Origin: the human T2T-CHM13v2.0 reference genome, Homo sapiens
Assembly (NCBI RefSeq): GCF_009914755.1
Contig: NC_060929.1
Reading direction: 5' to 3' (one strand)
Length of the DNA stretch: 64,000 nt
The stretch's first letter is position 1. Each line of letters opens with the position of its first letter. The notes beneath the pieces are model-generated. The model was not told the origin of the DNA. It did not search any database and worked only from the letters and a program-made list of their open reading frames with translations. Below are positions 60,012 to 64,000 of this stretch, piece after piece. The position numbers and the translations under genes were made by a program.

Positions 60012-60243
60012 AGGTAAGGCTGCTATTAAGGGGGAAAAAAATTTATCCCAAAGTTAACTGATAAAAATTAATTGATGTCCACATGGTATTTTGAAATAAC
60101 TGTTTTTCTGGATTTTAGGAAAATGTAAATCAATAATGTATTACTGCTATTGAATTTCTCAAATGCCTCTGGTCCTAACACATAAGAGTCAAACTTCCAG
60201 AATCTATTTGAAACACCCAAGGCATTTTGTTTTGAGCTTTAAC

Positions 60244-60554
60244 TTTTTTTTTTTTTTTTTTTTTTTTTAGACAGAGTTTTGCTCTTGTTGTCCGGGCTGG
60301 AATGCAATGGCATGATCTCAGCTCACCGCAACCTCCGCCCCGCCTCCCAGGTTCAAGTGATTCTCCTGCCTCAGCCTGCCAAGTAGATAGGATTACAGGC
60401 ATGTGCCACCACACCTGGCTAATTTTGTATTTTTAGTAGAGACAGGGTTTCTTCATGTTGGTCAGGCTGGTCTTGAACTCCTGACCTCAGGTGATCTGCT
60501 CACCTCAGCCTCCCAAAGTACTGGGGTTACAGGTGTGAGCCACCATGCCTGGCC
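60244..60554 (-). mobile_element. AluS
   Basis: Antisense dimer; TSD gagctttaac. Confidence 0.92.
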
Positions 60555-61165
60555 GAGCTTTAACATTTTTAATTCTCCCAGGTAGCCATGAAATTCCTCC
60601 TTTGTTCCATTAGTGTCCACCTACTTCTATACAATTTATTCACATCACCTCAAATATCGAGATTTCAACCCTCCAGGATTCTCAAGCAACCAGACTCCTG
60701 CAGAACCTGATAGTTAAGGGAAAAAGAAGAAAACATCATTGGTGATAAAGGAACTTGTAAGGCAAAAGTAAATCAAACAACTATAAAGAGAAGTGCCAGA
60801 AAGACTAACTAGAAACACAACTTTTGGAGATTTGCCAAAAAAAAAAAGCATTCTGCTTTTCTGATGACCAAGCCTGATTCTTTGTATGAAGGCTACTAAA
60901 GCAAAGGAGAAACAAGATCATAAGAGAAAAACAGCAGAAGAGGTAAGAAACAGCTGCTGCCGTGCAGAGGAAAAACACTGACAGGCAGGGAGCCCAGCAG
61001 CGTTCATTTAGACAGCAGAAAAGAGAACAGAGCTGCTTTCCTGAGGGATCATTCTCACTTCTACCCACCCTGCAAGCACCAACACAAGACCACTCCGTGT
61101 GGGGGCTGCCCTGAAGCTGGCACAAGGCCTGGAGGCCAACTAGTCCCACTGACACCTTTGGGAAT

Positions 61166-61690
61166 GATCAGGATCAGAATATGCCACCCCAAAATATGCC
61201 ACTTTGGCAAAGGATTGTGTTGAGCTGAAGGCAATTGAGAAATAACAGACTGCTGAAAAAGCTCTCTACCCTCCCCCATCTGCCTAAAAGCAGGACATAA
61301 ATTTCTCTTTGTGAAGGCACTTTTCTCTCCTCTCCCATACCAGGAAAAAGAAACAATTCTTATCACTGGAGATGCACTGGCTTGAATCTGCATAAATAAA
61401 CCTTGCTGAAATAACCCTTATCTTTCATTACCCATATATTTACCTTCCCACAAGGTACGGTGCCTAGGAGATCCAACTTCTCCACAAATTTATCATCCTT
61501 TGTTAAAATGCTATATAAGTCTTTGGTCACCTCTTTGGGGTTTTCATTTAATTTCTGTGAGGCCCCATTATGCATATTAAATAAATCTTTTTCTCCTGTT
61601 AATCTGTCTTTTGTTGGTTCAATTTGCAAGACCCCAGACACTAAATCTAGGAGAGTAGAAGACAGAGATTTTTTTCCTTCCCCTCTAGGG
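61166..61690 (+). mobile_element. MER34-like ERV1 LTR
   Basis: cagaatatgccaccccaaaatatgccactttggc...ttttctcctgttaatctgtctttt. Confidence 0.65.
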
Positions 61691-61759
61691 GAAAGGCACA
61701 ACAACCCAAGGAGAGCCATTCAGTACTGATCACATCCTGTGTCTTTGATAGTAACTAAA

Positions 61760-62550
61760 ATTTGTTGAGCACTTATTAAGTGCCAAGTCCAGCTCTAATT
61801 ACTTTATATCTTTTACTCATTTAATTCTACCTATGGGGTAGGTACAATTATTAGCGCCCACTGTTAGATTAGGTCCTCCAAGAAGCAAATGCCTAGATGA
61901 GAATAAAGATGTCTGAATTTTTTTCCAGATGGAAAATAAGTAAAATGAAAGTATAAATATATTTATAATAAAAAATTATTTGTTGTTTATCTGAAATTCA
62001 AATTTCACTGGACATCCTGATGCTTGTTTGTTTCTAAACTGACAACTCTGTCTTAGGAGAAATCCTTGAGTGAGAGAAAATAGGGAAAGAGCTGGCTAGG
62101 CTTGGAGAGCCCTCAGGCCATGATGCAGGTCTAATCCCAGTGAGGAGACAGGGAGAGAAGGTAGGGTGGAAACAAGATAAAGCTTTTGTTAGAAAAGCCA
62201 TCAAGGAGTCCACAAGCCAAAGTGGCAATCAAAGGAGCTCTGTGTGGCCCAGGATTGGGTGTGCCTTAGTATCCTTGATGCACTCAGTTGGCCAGAAGCA
62301 GCCAGGCAGGCCCTTCCACACAGTGATAGATTTAGAGCACAGCAGCTGGGGCCCTTAGTCAATTATACTCCCTGTAGTTGAAGATTTGCAAAGCACATTC
62401 TAGTGACCACCACACATTCCCATTTTGTAGGTGGTGGAACTGAGTCACAGAGAAATAAAGTAACTTATCAAAAGTCAGGGCTAGTCAATAGCAGAACCAG
62501 GATTTGGTGCTTTGGTTCCAGAAGCCTTGCTTCTGACCACTATGCTAAGC
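61760..62550. mobile_element. MIR interrupted by an MLT1-like LTR (~61862-62415), itself containing a MER53-like fragment (~61925-62050)
   Basis: MIR halves at both ends; ttaggtcctccaagaagcaaatgcc MLT1-like start; gtttatctgaaattcaaatttcactggacatcctg. Confidence 0.55.
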
Positions 62551-62752
62551 TGTGTCCTGTCTAAACCCACATCTTCTGCACCTCCAGAAACTGAAGTTCA
62601 CAGAAGTGTCCTTAACAAAGTGCTACACTTGGTATACAGTGTGTAAGAAAAGGAAGTCTGCAACGTGTTTACAGATGACCAAAATTAGATCAATTTCCAA
62701 GTCTAGTAACTACAAAGCACTCTGAAAAAAATTACATATCCAGACTGACTTC

Positions 62753-63094
62753 TATTTATTTGTTTATTTAAAGAGACAGGGTCTTTCTCTGTCACCCAGA
62801 CAGGAATGCAGTGGCTCAATCCTAACTCACTGCACCCTCGAACTTCTCAGCTCAAGCAAAATCCTCCCACCTCAGCTTCTCAAGATAAATCCTCCCACCT
62901 CAGCCTTTCAAGCAGCGGGGACTACAGGTGCATGCCACCAGGCCTGGCTAATTTTTTATTTTTTTCAATTTTTTGTAGAGATGGGAGTTTCTCCATGTTG
63001 TCCAAGCTGGTCTTGAACTCTTGGCCTCAAGTGATCCTCCCACTCCAGCCTCCTAAAGTACTGGGATTACAGCCATGAGCCACCACACCTAGCC
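62753..63094 (-). mobile_element. AluJ-like with an internal 28-bp tandem duplication
   Basis: Antisense dimer; TSD cagactgacttct at 62741-62753 and 63095-63107. Confidence 0.88.
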
Positions 63095-63748
63095 CAGACT
63101 GACTTCTGAGCTCAGAATGTGGGATAATTGAGATTATTATTGTTTCTTTTTAATAGCACAACATCAGTAAACTCTACTATTTCATCAGGTCCCTCCAATC
63201 TTATAATACCTGAAATGTATTTTCACCATCTGGAACCAAGGGAGGCCAAAATCAAAATGAGAAACCAGGTAAATAATACTGGGGGTCATTTCTTATTAGG
63301 CTGGGAATCATGTCCTAATACCATTAATTTGCTTCCTAAAGATAAACATTCACAGAAAAAGTTTCCTTTTCAGAGAAGGGAATAGAAAATTGAAATTCCT
63401 AGGAACAAAAGCTCTGCACAAGGCTGCCCAGGACCTTTCAATAGGCCTTAGAGGCTGGACCAGGTCCTTCTACCACTTGCCTCTGGCCCCAGCTCTTGAG
63501 GACAGCATAGGCACTGTTAGCCCCAGCAGCACAGTGACCTTCATCTAATTCTCTCTCAAGCCAGGACCTGCCCAGCTAGCACCCATTGCCCTGGAACCAA
63601 AGATATCAGGGACCATTTCAAATCAGTTATCATTTGAATCTCGCACAAAGCAGTTTTAGGGGTCCAAACTTTCAATTGCTTAATAATCTCCTGAGAGTAC
63701 ATGTATTAAAGTGCTTAAGATTCCAAAGGTCAGTAAAAACTCCAAGGA

Positions 63749-64000
<252 letters not shown>

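Noticed and set aside
60800-61110. Purine-rich exon-like stretch with a donor-like gag|gtaaga near 60942
   Set aside because: No convincing acceptor, promoter or partner exon is visible; it cannot be supported without RNA data

Overview
Primate (very probably human) genomic DNA, rich in Alu, L1, MIR and LTR repeats. Positions 1-~35,300 hold the body and 3' end of GRAMD2B (GRAMD3) on the + strand. I read 13 GT-AG coding exons by hand (6555-34076, 1216 nt including the stop). They splice in frame into a GRAM-domain protein with a C-terminal transmembrane helix. The canonical first exon lies upstream of the window, but a candidate internal first exon, alternative acceptor and in-frame ATG sit at ~6190-6555. 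The rest (~35.3-64 kb) is intergenic and mostly transposon-derived: a decayed ERVL provirus split by a solo LTR, MaLR LTRs, a nested MER21/MER41B/LTR47-like cluster and a MER4 LTR carrying three Alus. Apart from GRAMD2B exon pieces, the ORF-track entries look like Alu/LTR or random ORFs. I found no new protein-coding system, CRISPR array or structural RNA gene. The most unusual signal is an Alu insertion whose target-site duplication also encloses a 65-nt inverted copy (64/65 identical) of unique sequence 4.5 kb away. Next are a MER41B with an intact GAS motif and a strong CTCF motif in an ERVL LTR. Repeat family names and exon numbers come from my recollection of consensus sequences and annotation, not from a database search, and repeat boundaries are approximate.
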